A stretch of 32,000 nt of DNA. It comes from an archaeon. GTDB taxonomy: Archaea > Iainarchaeota > Iainarchaeia > Iainarchaeales > CSSED10-239. Below are positions 17,611-26,398 of this stretch, one piece after another. Under the pieces are notes generated by a model. The model saw only the letters and a program-made list of their open reading frames with translations. It searched no databases and was not told the origin of the DNA. Each line of letters starts with the position of its first letter. Position 1 is the first letter of the stretch. The translations under genes and the position numbers were made by a program. The DNA is taken from NCBI GenBank assembly GCA_035390665.1, contig DAOOUC010000004.1, forward strand, positions 46,702 through 78,701. Reading direction: 5' to 3'.

Positions 17611-18426
17611 ATGATTAAAGACCTATACACCCTAATGCTAAAATATAATTTTAAACCAAGTCATAAGCTTGATCAAAATTTTATTATTGACGATAATACA
17701 ATTCTACGAGTTGTTAAAGAACTTGAATTGAAAAAAACAGATGTTGTTCTTGAAGTTGGACCAGGTACTGGTTTTCTTACTAAAAAACTTTTAGAAGACT
17801 GTAAGCAAGTTATTGCAATAGAAAAAGACAAAAAAATGATTTATATTTTAGAACAAGAATTTGCAACAGAAATAAAAAATAAAAAACTTATTTTGATTAC
17901 TTCTGATTTTTTAACAATTGATTTAAGTAAATACAATTATACAAAACTTGCAACATTTCTACCATATTCAATTTCACAGGAATTTATTGAAAAAATTCTT
18001 GGAGAAAAAAAATTAATGGTTGGAGTTGTTCAAAAAGAATTTGCAGAAAAGCTTGTTTCTTTTCCAGGGTTTATTAACTATAATGCAGTTTCTGCACTTT
18101 CTCAAAGCTATTTCGAAGTAACAACAGTTAAAAACATAAGTAAAAAATGCTTCTTTCCTGTTCCATCTTGTGAGTCTGCAATTATTAAATTAAAACCAAA
18201 CAAAAAAGAGATGGATGAGAGATATAATTTGTTTGTAAAAAATTTATTTAGATATCCAAATAAAGACATTAGTAATGCTTTAAACCTTGTTTCTAGAGAT
18301 CAAAAGAATAGAGAAATTTCAGAAAATTCAAAAAATCTAAAATCAGAAATACTTGACAAAAAAGTAAGACAAATAGAAATTAAAGAACTTGAAAAAATCT
18401 ATTCTGTTGTTTATTCTATTGTATAA
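17611..18426 (+). CDS. ksgA: 16S rRNA (adenine-N6,N6)-dimethyltransferase KsgA/Dim1
   Basis: 271 aa. LDQNFIIDDN and the SAM motif VLEVGPGTGFLTKKLL are present. Its 3' end overlaps the 3' end of the convergent 18411..21596 gene by 16 nt. Confidence 0.9.
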   Translation: MIKDLYTLMLKYNFKPSHKLDQNFIIDDNTILRVVKELELKKTDVVLEVGPGTGFLTKKLLEDCKQVIAIEKDKKMIYILEQEFATEIKNKKLILITSDFLTIDLSKYNYTKLATFLPYSISQEFIEKILGEKKLMVGVVQKEFAEKLVSFPGFINYNAVSALSQSYFEVTTVKNISKKCFFPVPSCESAIIKLKPNKKEMDERYNLFVKNLFRYPNKDISNALNLVSRDQKNREISENSKNLKSEILDKKVRQIEIKELEKIYSVVYSIV

Positions 18427-21400
18427 AATGTTTCTGGACTACTTTGATTATTATATTCTGTTTCTATCCAATCTTCTGACAAATTTGTGTTTGAGACTCT
18501 TACATCATCAAATATACCTGAATGATAAACTGTTGCATAACCTGAACTTGCACCAGCACACGCACCAATCCAAAATTGTTGTGAATTCATAGAAAGATTA
18601 GCATTTAAACTTCCTTCATAAATATTATCTACATATAATTTTATTGAAGAACCATCATAAATTGCAACAATATAATGCCAAGCGTTATCATTAATTTTCT
18701 TGGTTGTAGATAAATAAGTTAGATCTGTTCCGCTAAGAAGTCCAGATAACATTCCGATATAGCCGTTGTTTGAGATTATTGCAAAATCATTAGATCCTGT
18801 TCCTGATGTTGTTTGACCAAATAATGTAGGACGTTGCCAATAGGTTGTACTTGATTTACTTTCTGTTGTTTTTACCCATAAAGACATCGTAAATCTATTT
18901 ATTCCAGATGTTGTTACCGATGGAATTGAAATATAATTATTAGTTCCATTAATTGTGGCCGCACCATCTATTGTGCCCGTTCCAATCTGTGGTGCTGAAG
19001 AAGATAAAGATCCGTTGTTTAAAAATTGAGTTGAATCTTGAACATTTAATGTCCCTGAACTATTTTTTAAATGCCAAATCCCTTTATAATTGCTATTCCA
19101 TACATTTGCATCATTAGATTCAGAAATACCTGTTCCTCCAAAATGCATATATATTTCCGTGTCTGTTGTTGATGATAATTCTGGAATTTTTACCCACGCC
19201 ACAAGTTCTCCTGTTTCTGAATTATAACTTTCAATCTCTCTTTTTAATTTTATTCTATCAGATGAAACAAAATAAATATCTGATGTATCACTTTGGGCAT
19301 ATGAAAGTAAATCAGAATCTGTAACTTTAATTAAAACAGGGAAATTAGATAAAGTTGCTGCAACTTTTGTGTGATCAAACAATATAGCTTTACTATATCC
19401 ATCGCCTATATTTACTATTATATTGTCTGTTTTTGTTTCTAATTGATCTGTAACTGTAAAAGTAATTATATGCGATCCTAAACTTAAATCTACATTAATT
19501 TCTTCACAATCAACTCCCAAATTGCCATCAATATCTGAATTCCATAAACAACTATATTCTCCATTATTATTTAATACTGTACTGGTTAATTTTAAATTTT
19601 GATAATATTGGAAAGAATCAGTAATTGGGCTAGTTATTTCTGGCTTTAATCCAATTGTATAAAATGTTTCTGGACTACTTTGATTGTTATATTCTGTTTC
19701 TATCCAATCTTCTGAACGATTTATATTTGATACTCTTACATCATCAAATATACCTGAATGATAAACTGTTGCATAACCGGAACTTGCACCTGCACATGCA
19801 CCAATCCAAAATGATTCTGAATTCATTGATGAATTTGAATTTAAACTTCCTTCATAAATATTATCTACATATAACTTTATTGAAGAACCATCATAAATTG
19901 CAACTACATAATGCCAAGAATTATCATTTATTCGTGTATTAGAAGACAAATAATTTAAATCTGAACTATAAAGTCCAGAAAGCATTCCAATGTAACCATT
20001 ATTTGTTATTATTGCAAAATCATTTGTGCCTAATCCGTCTGTTGTTTGACCAAATAATGTAGGGCGTTGCCAATAGGTTGTACTTGATTTACTTTCTGTT
20101 GTTTTTACCCATAAAGACATCGTAAATCTATTTATTCCAGATGTTGCTACCGATGGAATTGAAATATAATTATTAGTTCCATTAATTGTGGCCGCACCAT
20201 CCATTATGCCTGTTCCAATCTGTGGTGCTGAAGAGGATAAAGAACCGTGATTTACAAATTGAGTTGAATCTTGAGTATTTAATATCCCTGAACTATTTCT
20301 TAAATGCCAAACACCCGTATAGTTATTATCCCAAACTGTTAAATCATTCGGATCATTTACATCTGGATTTCCAAAATGCATATATATTTGTGTGTCTGTT
20401 GTTGAAGATAATTCTGGAACATTTACCCATGCGACCAATTTTCCTGTCTCGGAATTATAACTTTCTATTTCTCTTTTTAATTTCGTTCCTTCTGAAGATA
20501 AAAAATAAATATCGGAAGCATCATTTTGTGCAAATTCAAGTAAATCAGAATCTGTAACTTTAATTAAAACAGGGAAATTAGAAAGATTTGCTGCAACTTT
20601 TGTGTGATCAAATAATATGGCTTTATTATATTCTTCAATCACAGTTATATAAATTTGACTTGTTTGTGTTTCTAAATCATCAGTTACTTCAAATGTTATT
20701 GTGTGCTCACCAACATTTAAATCACTTATATCTAATTCGCAATCGTTTCCAAAAATTCCGTCGATATTAGATTCCCAAGAACAACTATAATTTCCGTAAT
20801 TATAATCTATAGAACCAATAAAAGAAATATTAAATCCCTTACTTGTTGTTATTTCTGATTCAGGAGATAATATTGATACCGCAAGATGTTGTTTAACAAG
20901 CACACTTAGGTTATAAGTTTCTGTTTCTGTTCCGTAATTAACAGTAAGTGTTATTTCGTGAGAACCAATATTTAAATCAGAGATATTAAAATCACAAGCG
21001 TCTCCGATATTTCCATTAATATCTGATTCCCAAGAACAACTGATTTCTTGCCCATTAGAAAATTTAAAATTTATATCCTCTTCTAAGAAAAACACAGAGT
21101 TGTCAGCAGGTAAAATTATTATTTCTGTTTCGACAATATTTCCTGCATTAAAATAATTTATATTCCTTAATAATATGAATTTATTGTCTGCTGTTTCTAA
21201 TTGAATATCTATTCGATTATCTGATATGTTTAGGGTTTCAAAATCAGTTAAATCTAAAATATTTAATCCTTCTTTTAATAGATATTCGGTATTTAGAGTT
21301 ATTGTTTGCGTTTCTGAATTTTTTTCTAATATTTTATATTTTATTATTCTTATATTATTAAAATTTGAATTGTCAGGAGGATAGAAATTAAATTGTAATA

Positions 21401-21596
21401 CCCCATTATTAAAATTTTTAGTAGATATAAAAAAACTAGCATCAGAAGATTTTAATTCTCCAAAATCATTAGCTTTATCTAAACTTTTATTTGTTGTGTC
21501 TTTTCCAAAAGACATAATCAAGGTTACAATTATAACTGCAACTACAATTAATAATATACTTGAAATTAATGGCTCTAATGCTTTTCGTTTAGTCAT
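18411..21596 (-). CDS. Large surface protein: archaeal type IV pilin-type signal, three PKD/Ig-like modules, two DUF2341-like plus LamG (concanavalin-A-like lectin) modules
   Basis: 1061 aa. The N-terminus MTKRKALEPLISSILLIVVAVIIVTLI fits the class III (prepilin-type) signal pattern [KR][AG]-L/V-x-P-[LV]-I followed by a hydrophobic helix. An SC(S/L)W(E/N)S(D/N)I(D/N)G...G(S/E)H(E/T/I)IT module occurs three times. NFPVLIKV...DIYF...LKREIESYN...LVAWV..PELSS..DT.IYMHFG (DUF2341-like) followed by WHL(R/K)NSSG...FTMSLWVKT...LYVDN (LamG-like) occurs twice. Confidence 0.8.
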   Translation of the reverse strand: MTKRKALEPLISSILLIVVAVIIVTLIMSFGKDTTNKSLDKANDFGELKSSDASFFISTKNFNNGVLQFNFYPPDNSNFNNIRIIKYKILEKNSETQTITLNTEYLLKEGLNILDLTDFETLNISDNRIDIQLETADNKFILLRNINYFNAGNIVETEIIILPADNSVFFLEEDINFKFSNGQEISCSWESDINGNIGDACDFNISDLNIGSHEITLTVNYGTETETYNLSVLVKQHLAVSILSPESEITTSKGFNISFIGSIDYNYGNYSCSWESNIDGIFGNDCELDISDLNVGEHTITFEVTDDLETQTSQIYITVIEEYNKAILFDHTKVAANLSNFPVLIKVTDSDLLEFAQNDASDIYFLSSEGTKLKREIESYNSETGKLVAWVNVPELSSTTDTQIYMHFGNPDVNDPNDLTVWDNNYTGVWHLRNSSGILNTQDSTQFVNHGSLSSSAPQIGTGIMDGAATINGTNNYISIPSVATSGINRFTMSLWVKTTESKSSTTYWQRPTLFGQTTDGLGTNDFAIITNNGYIGMLSGLYSSDLNYLSSNTRINDNSWHYVVAIYDGSSIKLYVDNIYEGSLNSNSSMNSESFWIGACAGASSGYATVYHSGIFDDVRVSNINRSEDWIETEYNNQSSPETFYTIGLKPEITSPITDSFQYYQNLKLTSTVLNNNGEYSCLWNSDIDGNLGVDCEEINVDLSLGSHIITFTVTDQLETKTDNIIVNIGDGYSKAILFDHTKVAATLSNFPVLIKVTDSDLLSYAQSDTSDIYFVSSDRIKLKREIESYNSETGELVAWVKIPELSSTTDTEIYMHFGGTGISESNDANVWNSNYKGIWHLKNSSGTLNVQDSTQFLNNGSLSSSAPQIGTGTIDGAATINGTNNYISIPSVTTSGINRFTMSLWVKTTESKSSTTYWQRPTLFGQTTSGTGSNDFAIISNNGYIGMLSGLLSGTDLTYLSTTKKINDNAWHYIVAIYDGSSIKLYVDNIYEGSLNANLSMNSQQFWIGACAGASSGYATVYHSGIFDDVRVSNTNLSEDWIETEYNNQSSPETFYTIE
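18414..19649 (-). repeat. Intragenic tandem duplication, unit B (aa 650-1061 of the surface protein)
   Basis: Aligns with unit A at an offset of 1233-1236 nt (one codon indel). The DUF2341/LamG part is about 95% identical at DNA level where I aligned it by hand, including an 82-nt perfect match (18832..18913 = 20065..20146). Confidence 0.85.
19650..20879 (-). repeat. Intragenic tandem duplication, unit A (aa ~240-649 of the surface protein)
   Basis: See unit B. The PKD-like part of the unit is more diverged than the DUF2341/LamG part. The plus-strand shadow ORFs 18389..18592 and 19655..19942 have near-identical translations for the same reason. Confidence 0.85.
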
Positions 21597-21647
21597 AATT
21601 TCTCAATTAAAAATATTTGTGATATTTAAAAATAAAAAAGAAATGAA

Positions 21648-23165
21648 CTAATTCATTTCTTCTAATATTATTTTTTCAACCTTTACTGTTTCTTCTAAAA
21701 TAGATTTTGAAAGATCTGTTGCAATCTTTAGTTTTTCTTTACTGTTTGCATATATTGTAAAGATTACTTCTCCTTCTTTAATTTTATCTCCTGCTTCTTT
21801 TGCTAAGATTAATCCCGCAAATGAATCACTTGGAGCACCAGAGGTTCTTGCAATCTTTGTTAAATTAGAAACATTTAGGCCTACAATTTTTCCAGAATCG
21901 ACTGCTTTAATTTCTTCTTTAAATTCAGCAAATGGAATTTTATCTGATTCAAATATTCTTCCATTTTGTGCTTTTAAAATTTCTTTAAATTTAGTTAAAG
22001 CTTTTCCTGATTGTAGTGTTTCTTTTGCTAAATCGTAACCTTTGCCCTCTTCAGTTCTTCCTACAAGCTCTAAAAGACTTCCTGATATCTCGCAGGCTTT
22101 TTCTGCTAGCCCATCAAAATATTTTCCTTCTAATACTTCTAAAGCCCCTCTTGCCTCAAGAGCAGCACCAAAGTATTTTCCACAAGGTAATGCCCCATTT
22201 GTTAAAACAACTTTTGTTTTAATTCCAATATCTTTACTAATTTTTATAAATTTACTTGCCCATCTTTCTCCATCTTCTTTGTTGTGTACTTTAACTGTTG
22301 GGCCAACAGGAATATCAATTATTAAGTGAGATGCAGAAACGCTTTTTTTCTTAGAAAGAACAGAAGCAATTACTAGGCCTTCTGGGTCTAACCCTAAACC
22401 GTGTCTAATCTTAATCATCTTGTCATCAGCTGGGCAAAGATCAACTTTTCCATTCCAAGCAACCATTCCTCCGTGTTCCTGAACCATTTTCTTAATGTCT
22501 TTTACATCAAAAGAAACATCAGCTAATACTTCCATACAATCTGCTGTTCCTGCTGCTGAACTTATTGAACGAGAAGCGGTCTTTGGCATATAATACCCTA
22601 GAGATGCTATTATTGGAGTAACAATCATTGATACTCTTCCATTTATTCCACCAATGGAGTGTTTATCAAGAATCTCTGCTCTATTAAAATCAATAATGTT
22701 TCCTGTTTGTGTCATTGCCTTACATACACTTGTAGTTTCATCTAGATTAAGGCCATTAATTGTTACTGCTGTCAAAAATGCAGAAATATCAATGTCTGAT
22801 AATCTATTATCAACAATGTCATTAATTATTTGAGTTAATTGTTTTTCATCTAGTGGTTTATTTCTAATTTTATCAACAATAAAATGAATAGATTCAGGAT
22901 TTGGGAGTAATGCCACTTCGACAAGATCTCCTGTTTTTAATTTTATTGCACCGGTTCTATCTTTATATAACCCTATTGTGTTTTCATCAACAAAGTTTTC
23001 TGTAATATCAACAATAAAGTTTTCTTCAATGTTTTTTAGTTTAACTGAAACTCTATTCTGTGTGTTTACTAACAAATCTTTTGCAGTTTTACTATTAAGT
23101 AAAGCAACTTTTTTATCTGCATCAATATCTAATATTTTTACTGTTAATTTCTTTATATAAACCAT
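21648..23165 (-). CDS. AMP phosphorylase (thymidine-phosphorylase family with N-terminal extension)
   Basis: 505 aa, the size of archaeal AMPpase rather than the ~430-aa bacterial DeoA. It has an N-terminal ~85-aa extra domain, then LDKHSIGGINGRVSMIVTPI and SRSISSAAGTADCMEVL (phosphate and nucleoside binding motifs of the family). Confidence 0.8.
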   Translation of the reverse strand: MVYIKKLTVKILDIDADKKVALLNSKTAKDLLVNTQNRVSVKLKNIEENFIVDITENFVDENTIGLYKDRTGAIKLKTGDLVEVALLPNPESIHFIVDKIRNKPLDEKQLTQIINDIVDNRLSDIDISAFLTAVTINGLNLDETTSVCKAMTQTGNIIDFNRAEILDKHSIGGINGRVSMIVTPIIASLGYYMPKTASRSISSAAGTADCMEVLADVSFDVKDIKKMVQEHGGMVAWNGKVDLCPADDKMIKIRHGLGLDPEGLVIASVLSKKKSVSASHLIIDIPVGPTVKVHNKEDGERWASKFIKISKDIGIKTKVVLTNGALPCGKYFGAALEARGALEVLEGKYFDGLAEKACEISGSLLELVGRTEEGKGYDLAKETLQSGKALTKFKEILKAQNGRIFESDKIPFAEFKEEIKAVDSGKIVGLNVSNLTKIARTSGAPSDSFAGLILAKEAGDKIKEGEVIFTIYANSKEKLKIATDLSKSILEETVKVEKIILEEMN

Positions 23166-23180
23166 AATCTTTTCTCTCCT

Positions 23181-23489
23181 CTATTTAACTGAATCCACAA
23201 ATGCCTTTAACATTGGTTTTGGAAGGGCTCCTGTTTTTTGTGCTACTGGCTTACCTTCTTTAAAAATTATTATTGTTGGTATTGACATGACATTATATTT
23301 TCCGGAAATTGCGGGTGCTTGATCAACATTAACTTTTGCACAAAGCACATCTGTATTTTCTTTTGAAAACTCTTCAAAGGTTCCAGCAAACATTCTACAA
23401 GGACCACACCATTCTGCCCAGAAATCCACTACTACAATTTTATTTTTTTTAATTGTTTCTTCAAAGTCTTTATCTGTTAGTTGTAACAT
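23181..23489 (-). CDS. trx: Thioredoxin
   Basis: 102 aa. VVDFWAEWCGPCRM (WCGPC active site) and MSIPTIIIFKEGKP (cis-Pro loop). SD GGGGGA upstream. Confidence 0.9.
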   Translation of the reverse strand: MLQLTDKDFEETIKKNKIVVVDFWAEWCGPCRMFAGTFEEFSKENTDVLCAKVNVDQAPAISGKYNVMSIPTIIIFKEGKPVAQKTGALPKPMLKAFVDSVK

Positions 23490-23505
23490 ATTTTTTCCCC
23501 CTATT

Positions 23506-24315
23506 TTATATTAAAGCAATTAAGATATAGGCAATACCTAGAATAAAACAAAAATAAGAAAAGTCTAATTTTTGCGCAATCTTCATAAGTATGCCGATTG
23601 TAATGTACCCAAAAATAAATGCAAACAATATTGAAACTAAAATTAATGGATTAAATGAAAATCCTGTAAGTAATAATATTCCAAGTTCTGCAATAAGTAT
23701 TGTTGGAATTGAAATTAAAAAACTATACTTAAAAGCGTTTGTTGGATTAAATCCTTGAAATAACATGGTGCTTGTAGTTATTCCTGATCTACTAATTCCT
23801 GGAATTGCAGAAAACCCTTGAGCGATACCAATAAAAAAAGCATTGCTTGCTTTTAGGTTTGGAATTAATTTTTCTGCTTGTTTGATTTTTATTTGCATAA
23901 CTCCTGTTAGAATCAATAATACTCCAATTGCAATTGTTAGAGTTGTTATTTGAAAAGCAGTTATGCTATTTCTTAATAAAAAATAAATTGGAGTTCCAAT
24001 TAATACTGTGAAAAATACAGAAATTATAATAAATCGTGAGGAACTTGTAGCATAATCAAACTTTATATTTTTCTTGAAATTAAAAAGGTCTTTTATTTTT
24101 GTTTTTGAAAATATATCTTTAATCTCATCAAAGAAATAAACAAATGCAGCCAAGAGGGTTCCAAAATGTAAAAATATTGACATATCTAAAGCATTTTGTG
24201 CAGATACTTTAAAAAAATTAGTTAAAACAACAACTGAAATCCCTTGAGAGCTTATTGGAAGCCATTCAAAAATTCCTTGTAATATTCCAATTACTATAAA
24301 TTCTATAATTTCCAT
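23506..24315 (-). CDS. uppP: Undecaprenyl(polyprenyl)-diphosphate phosphatase UppP/BacA
   Basis: 269 aa, 8 TM helices. Motifs are QGIFEWLPISSQG and AIPGISRSGITTSTMLF. Confidence 0.85.
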   Translation of the reverse strand: MEIIEFIVIGILQGIFEWLPISSQGISVVVLTNFFKVSAQNALDMSIFLHFGTLLAAFVYFFDEIKDIFSKTKIKDLFNFKKNIKFDYATSSSRFIIISVFFTVLIGTPIYFLLRNSITAFQITTLTIAIGVLLILTGVMQIKIKQAEKLIPNLKASNAFFIGIAQGFSAIPGISRSGITTSTMLFQGFNPTNAFKYSFLISIPTILIAELGILLLTGFSFNPLILVSILFAFIFGYITIGILMKIAQKLDFSYFCFILGIAYILIALI

Positions 24316-24402
24316 GTCTTTTCACTTAAATAATGTTATCCAAAACTATTATAAATAGTTAAATATAATATATATTTATTAAAACATTTAAAAAAAGATA
24401 GC

Positions 24403-24846
24403 ATGAATAAAATAAATCACATATTATTTGCAAGTTTGTTATTTATTGTATTCTATTTCTTTTTTGTAGATATATTATCAATAACTGGGCCAAACATGTT
24501 TTTGGCTTTTGTTTTCTGTGTGCTTTATTCTTTGATACCTGATTTAGATCTTAAAAGTTCTTGGATTAAGGGGCAATTTAATATTATTGTGCTTTATGCT
24601 ATTGTAATACTTGGAATAATATATTTGTTTGTTTCTCCAAATTTTACTTACCTTTTAATTATTGGAGTTTTAGTTTTAATTGAAATATTTTTACTACTTG
24701 TAAAACATAGGGATATCTTACACACTCCTTTAGTAGGAGTACTTTTTGCAATCCCTTTATTATTTGTTGATTATCCAAATATTGTTTATTTCTTAGCAGG
24801 TAGTATTGGAATACTATCCCATTGGCTACTTGATAAAATTAGTTAA
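24403..24846 (+). CDS. Membrane-bound metal-dependent hydrolase, DUF457/YdjM-like
   Basis: 147 aa, 4 TM helices. N-terminal His (NHILF), IPDLD, HRDILHTP and SHWLLD motifs match the DUF457 pattern as I remember it. Confidence 0.55.
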   Translation: MNKINHILFASLLFIVFYFFFVDILSITGPNMFLAFVFCVLYSLIPDLDLKSSWIKGQFNIIVLYAIVILGIIYLFVSPNFTYLLIIGVLVLIEIFLLLVKHRDILHTPLVGVLFAIPLLFVDYPNIVYFLAGSIGILSHWLLDKIS

Positions 24847-25788
24847 TTATTTTTTTGCAAAAATAATTAAAATAATCAAAATTATAAAAATTGCAAGCAA
24901 AACATGTGTTTTTGAGTCGTCCATTTTAAATAAAGAACTATTAATTTTTGGAAGACTTAAAAAACCTGTAATGTTATTTTCTTCTGGCTGAACTGATGTT
25001 TGTAAAATTTCTTTTTGAGTTTCTTCTTTTGGAGTATATCTTATCTTTATTTCTTTAATGTCTATTGTCTCATAACCATCTTGTAATTTACAATTTAAGA
25101 AATAATCATTAGCTTCTATTGATTTATTTTTATCAATTGAGAGATTGATGTCTATTTTTTGAGAATTTATATAATTATAGTTAACAACTATTGCTGGATT
25201 ACTGGTAATACAATCTAAAGAATAAGTATTTCCTTCTTCTTTATTTACATAAATAGAAATTAAATCACTATCTTTCTTTCCATTAATTACAGCAATTGAT
25301 CTTGAAAGATTATAACCTAAGATTCTTGGTCTTGTGTGGTTAATTGTATAGTTATAATATTCTTCCGAATTGTTTGGAATTATTGTAATATATTTCTGTG
25401 TTGTTTTTATTTTATTATTATATTTATCTAAAATTTCTACTTTTAATTGTAAGGTTTTATTCTCTGTTAAGGTTTTGGTGTTAACATATATTTTTTCTTT
25501 AGTGTCTAAATTATTATAGAAATAAAACTCTTGTGTTGAAACTAATGCACTTATTTCTGAATCATTTGGAAAAATACTTACAGAAATATTTACTTTTCCT
25601 TCTTTTAATTCTTCTGATAAGAACTTAATTCTAAAGTCTATTTCTTTTGTGCTATTATTTGAAACATAGAAGGTACTTGGTTTGTCTTGAGAAGATTGTA
25701 TATTAACATTTAAACTATCTGCAAAAATAAACGGAAAGATAAATACACCAAATATTAAAAATACCAAAATTAGTTGTTTTTTATTCAT
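24847..25788 (-). CDS. Secreted, C-terminally anchored surface protein, unknown function
   Basis: 313 aa. Signal peptide MNKKQLILVFLIFGVFIFPFIFADS, an Asn-rich beta-type body with many N-x-S/T sequons, and the C-terminal helix VLLAIFIILIILIIFAKK. Confidence 0.5.
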   Translation of the reverse strand: MNKKQLILVFLIFGVFIFPFIFADSLNVNIQSSQDKPSTFYVSNNSTKEIDFRIKFLSEELKEGKVNISVSIFPNDSEISALVSTQEFYFYNNLDTKEKIYVNTKTLTENKTLQLKVEILDKYNNKIKTTQKYITIIPNNSEEYYNYTINHTRPRILGYNLSRSIAVINGKKDSDLISIYVNKEEGNTYSLDCITSNPAIVVNYNYINSQKIDINLSIDKNKSIEANDYFLNCKLQDGYETIDIKEIKIRYTPKEETQKEILQTSVQPEENNITGFLSLPKINSSLFKMDDSKTHVLLAIFIILIILIIFAKK

Positions 25789-25909
25789 TAAATAATTATA
25801 GAGAGTTACTGCTTTTAAATATATTGTTTACAATAATTTTATTAAAAACTAACAAATTCACAAAAATATTAAAAGTTGTTTTTATTAATCTCTTAAAAAA
25901 TAAATATAT

Positions 25910-26398
25910 ATGATATTTGATATTGATGTAAGTGGGGAAGATATTTTAAGTGGAGACTATGCTGTTTGTATATCTGATAATAATCAAATAATAAAAGCAT
26001 TTAAGATGCATCCAAAAACCGTAAATCAAATAAATAAGAATTTTAATTTAGGTAAATACACAAAATATAAACCAACTCTTAAGAAAAAGAAAGATTTGAA
26101 AATTAGAATTTACTCTATAATTATCTATTATATATTTAAAGAATTAAACCTCAATTCCAATATAGAATTAAAAATATGTAGAGATTTTTATAATAGAGAA
26201 CAAGATATAATTTATAATCTGGAATATTTTTTAATTACAAAATTAAATTTAAGAATTAATAATATAGAATTTTGTAAATTAGAATCCAAATCTTTAGCAC
26301 ACAAATATTCTTATTTAATAAGAAAAAATCTTATAGATTCTAGAAAATATCTTATTAAAATTAGTTTAGAAGAAATTGAATTATTTTTATCTAAATAA
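25910..26398 (+). CDS. Hypothetical protein (orphan, 162 aa)
   Basis: ATG start preceded by an AT-rich promoter-like spacer. I recognise no motif. The extreme K/N/I/Y composition means coding status itself is not certain. Confidence 0.4.
   Translation: MIFDIDVSGEDILSGDYAVCISDNNQIIKAFKMHPKTVNQINKNFNLGKYTKYKPTLKKKKDLKIRIYSIIIYYIFKELNLNSNIELKICRDFYNREQDIIYNLEYFLITKLNLRINNIEFCKLESKSLAHKYSYLIRKNLIDSRKYLIKISLEEIELFLSK

Noticed and set aside
18411-18426. 16-nt tail-to-tail overlap of ksgA and the surface-protein gene.
   Set aside because: Convergent 3' overlaps of this size are common in compact genomes. There is no evidence of special function beyond possibly shared termination.
18389-19942. Two near-identical plus-strand ORFs (18389..18592 and 19655..19942), which could be taken as a repeated gene, or the underlying DNA as a CRISPR-like repeat.
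   Set aside because: They are shadow frames of the two copies of the intragenic tandem duplication in the minus-strand surface-protein gene. There are only two copies, 1.23 kb apart, both coding, with no short repeat-spacer periodicity.
24861-24892. Low-complexity periodic DNA (aaataattaaaataatcaaaattataaaaatt).
   Set aside because: It encodes the Ile/Leu-rich C-terminal membrane helix (IFIILIILIIF) of the 24847..25788 protein on the minus strand. It is not an independent repeat element.
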